Assembly (NCBI RefSeq): GCF_046119375.1
Contig: NW_027362763.1
Coordinates: forward strand, 328,166,001-328,230,000
Direction of reading: 5' to 3'
DNA length: 64,000 nt
Source of the DNA: Phyllobates terribilis
Lineage: Eukaryota
Numbering within the stretch: position 1 is the stretch's first letter; each line of letters begins with the position of its first letter. This document shows positions 63,661-64,000 of the stretch, in pieces. The notes under the pieces were generated by a model, which worked only from the letters and a program-made list of their open reading frames with translations, had not been told where the DNA came from and made no database searches. The position numbers and the translations under genes are program-made.

Positions 63661-63915
63661 CAAGTGCAGGGTCTATAAGACGTAAGATGCAATATGGCAC
63701 CTTGGCAAAGCCCAGCTATGTTCTCCCTCTGATATCTAACAATAATTAACAGATAATACTGGAGAAACTTGCACCTACTGCCACTCAGTGTCTTCAGCTC
63801 CTTTGTGAGAAACTAATGTTTGCTCAGCCAGTGTACCAAATAAAATTCCTGAGGTACGGAAATTGTGGATGGCTTTACTTCTGGTATTGGCTGCTAATAC
63901 CAAACCGTGGCATGC

Positions 63916-64000
63916 TGTTACAGATCCGGGAGGTGGAACCTCTGTGCTGAGGTGCAAGGAGGGACCAGAGGGGCGTAACTAACAGCCAACTCGGACCGAC
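63916..64000 (-). mobile_element. Edge of another LTR of the chromovirus family, cut by the window end
   Basis: TGTTACAGATCCGGGAGGTGGAACCTCTGTGCTGAGGTGCAAGGAGGGAC is homologous to 53021 onward. Confidence 0.85.

Larger units (their letters stand above)
61036..63915 (+). mobile_element. Composite family-A-like hAT remnant D: TIR, transposase fragment (61100-61500), shuffled modules
   Basis: TAGTGATGGGCAAACC, then VLNLVLERFLKSYPDLPELLVKV..LLCYVTTCW. Antisense transposase fragment at 62150-62470. Confidence 0.6.

Overview
This is eukaryotic (vertebrate) DNA, not prokaryotic. It is almost certainly a large-genome frog; a hyloid/dendrobatid-like species is inferred from the repeat types and is not proven. 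The only host coding sequence I can find is two short + strand exons (25383-25492, 27398-27494) of a P5B-type ATPase, ATP13A4-like. The ORF track misses them because they are too short. Nearly everything else is nested transposon debris. There are several decayed large hAT elements of two families (A and B) with subterminal tandem arrays, four full-length Tc1 elements plus one fragment, and a full-length Tf1/sushi-type Ty3/gypsy chromovirus (53021-59275). There are also solo LTRs, L2 and CR1 LINE 3' fragments, V-SINEs, and hAT, Harbinger and T2 MITEs. A 3.3-kb, 52-bp satellite has grown inside a hAT element. The most interesting signals are: antisense transposase fragments built into the 3' region of three hAT copies; satellite birth from a hAT 3' repeat with a ~1.46-kb higher-order duplication; an intact 11-nt self-priming signature and GGGAAAC -1 frameshift in the chromovirus; and non-conservative TM5 changes in the ATP13A4-like exon. 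All alignments and percentages were done by eye.
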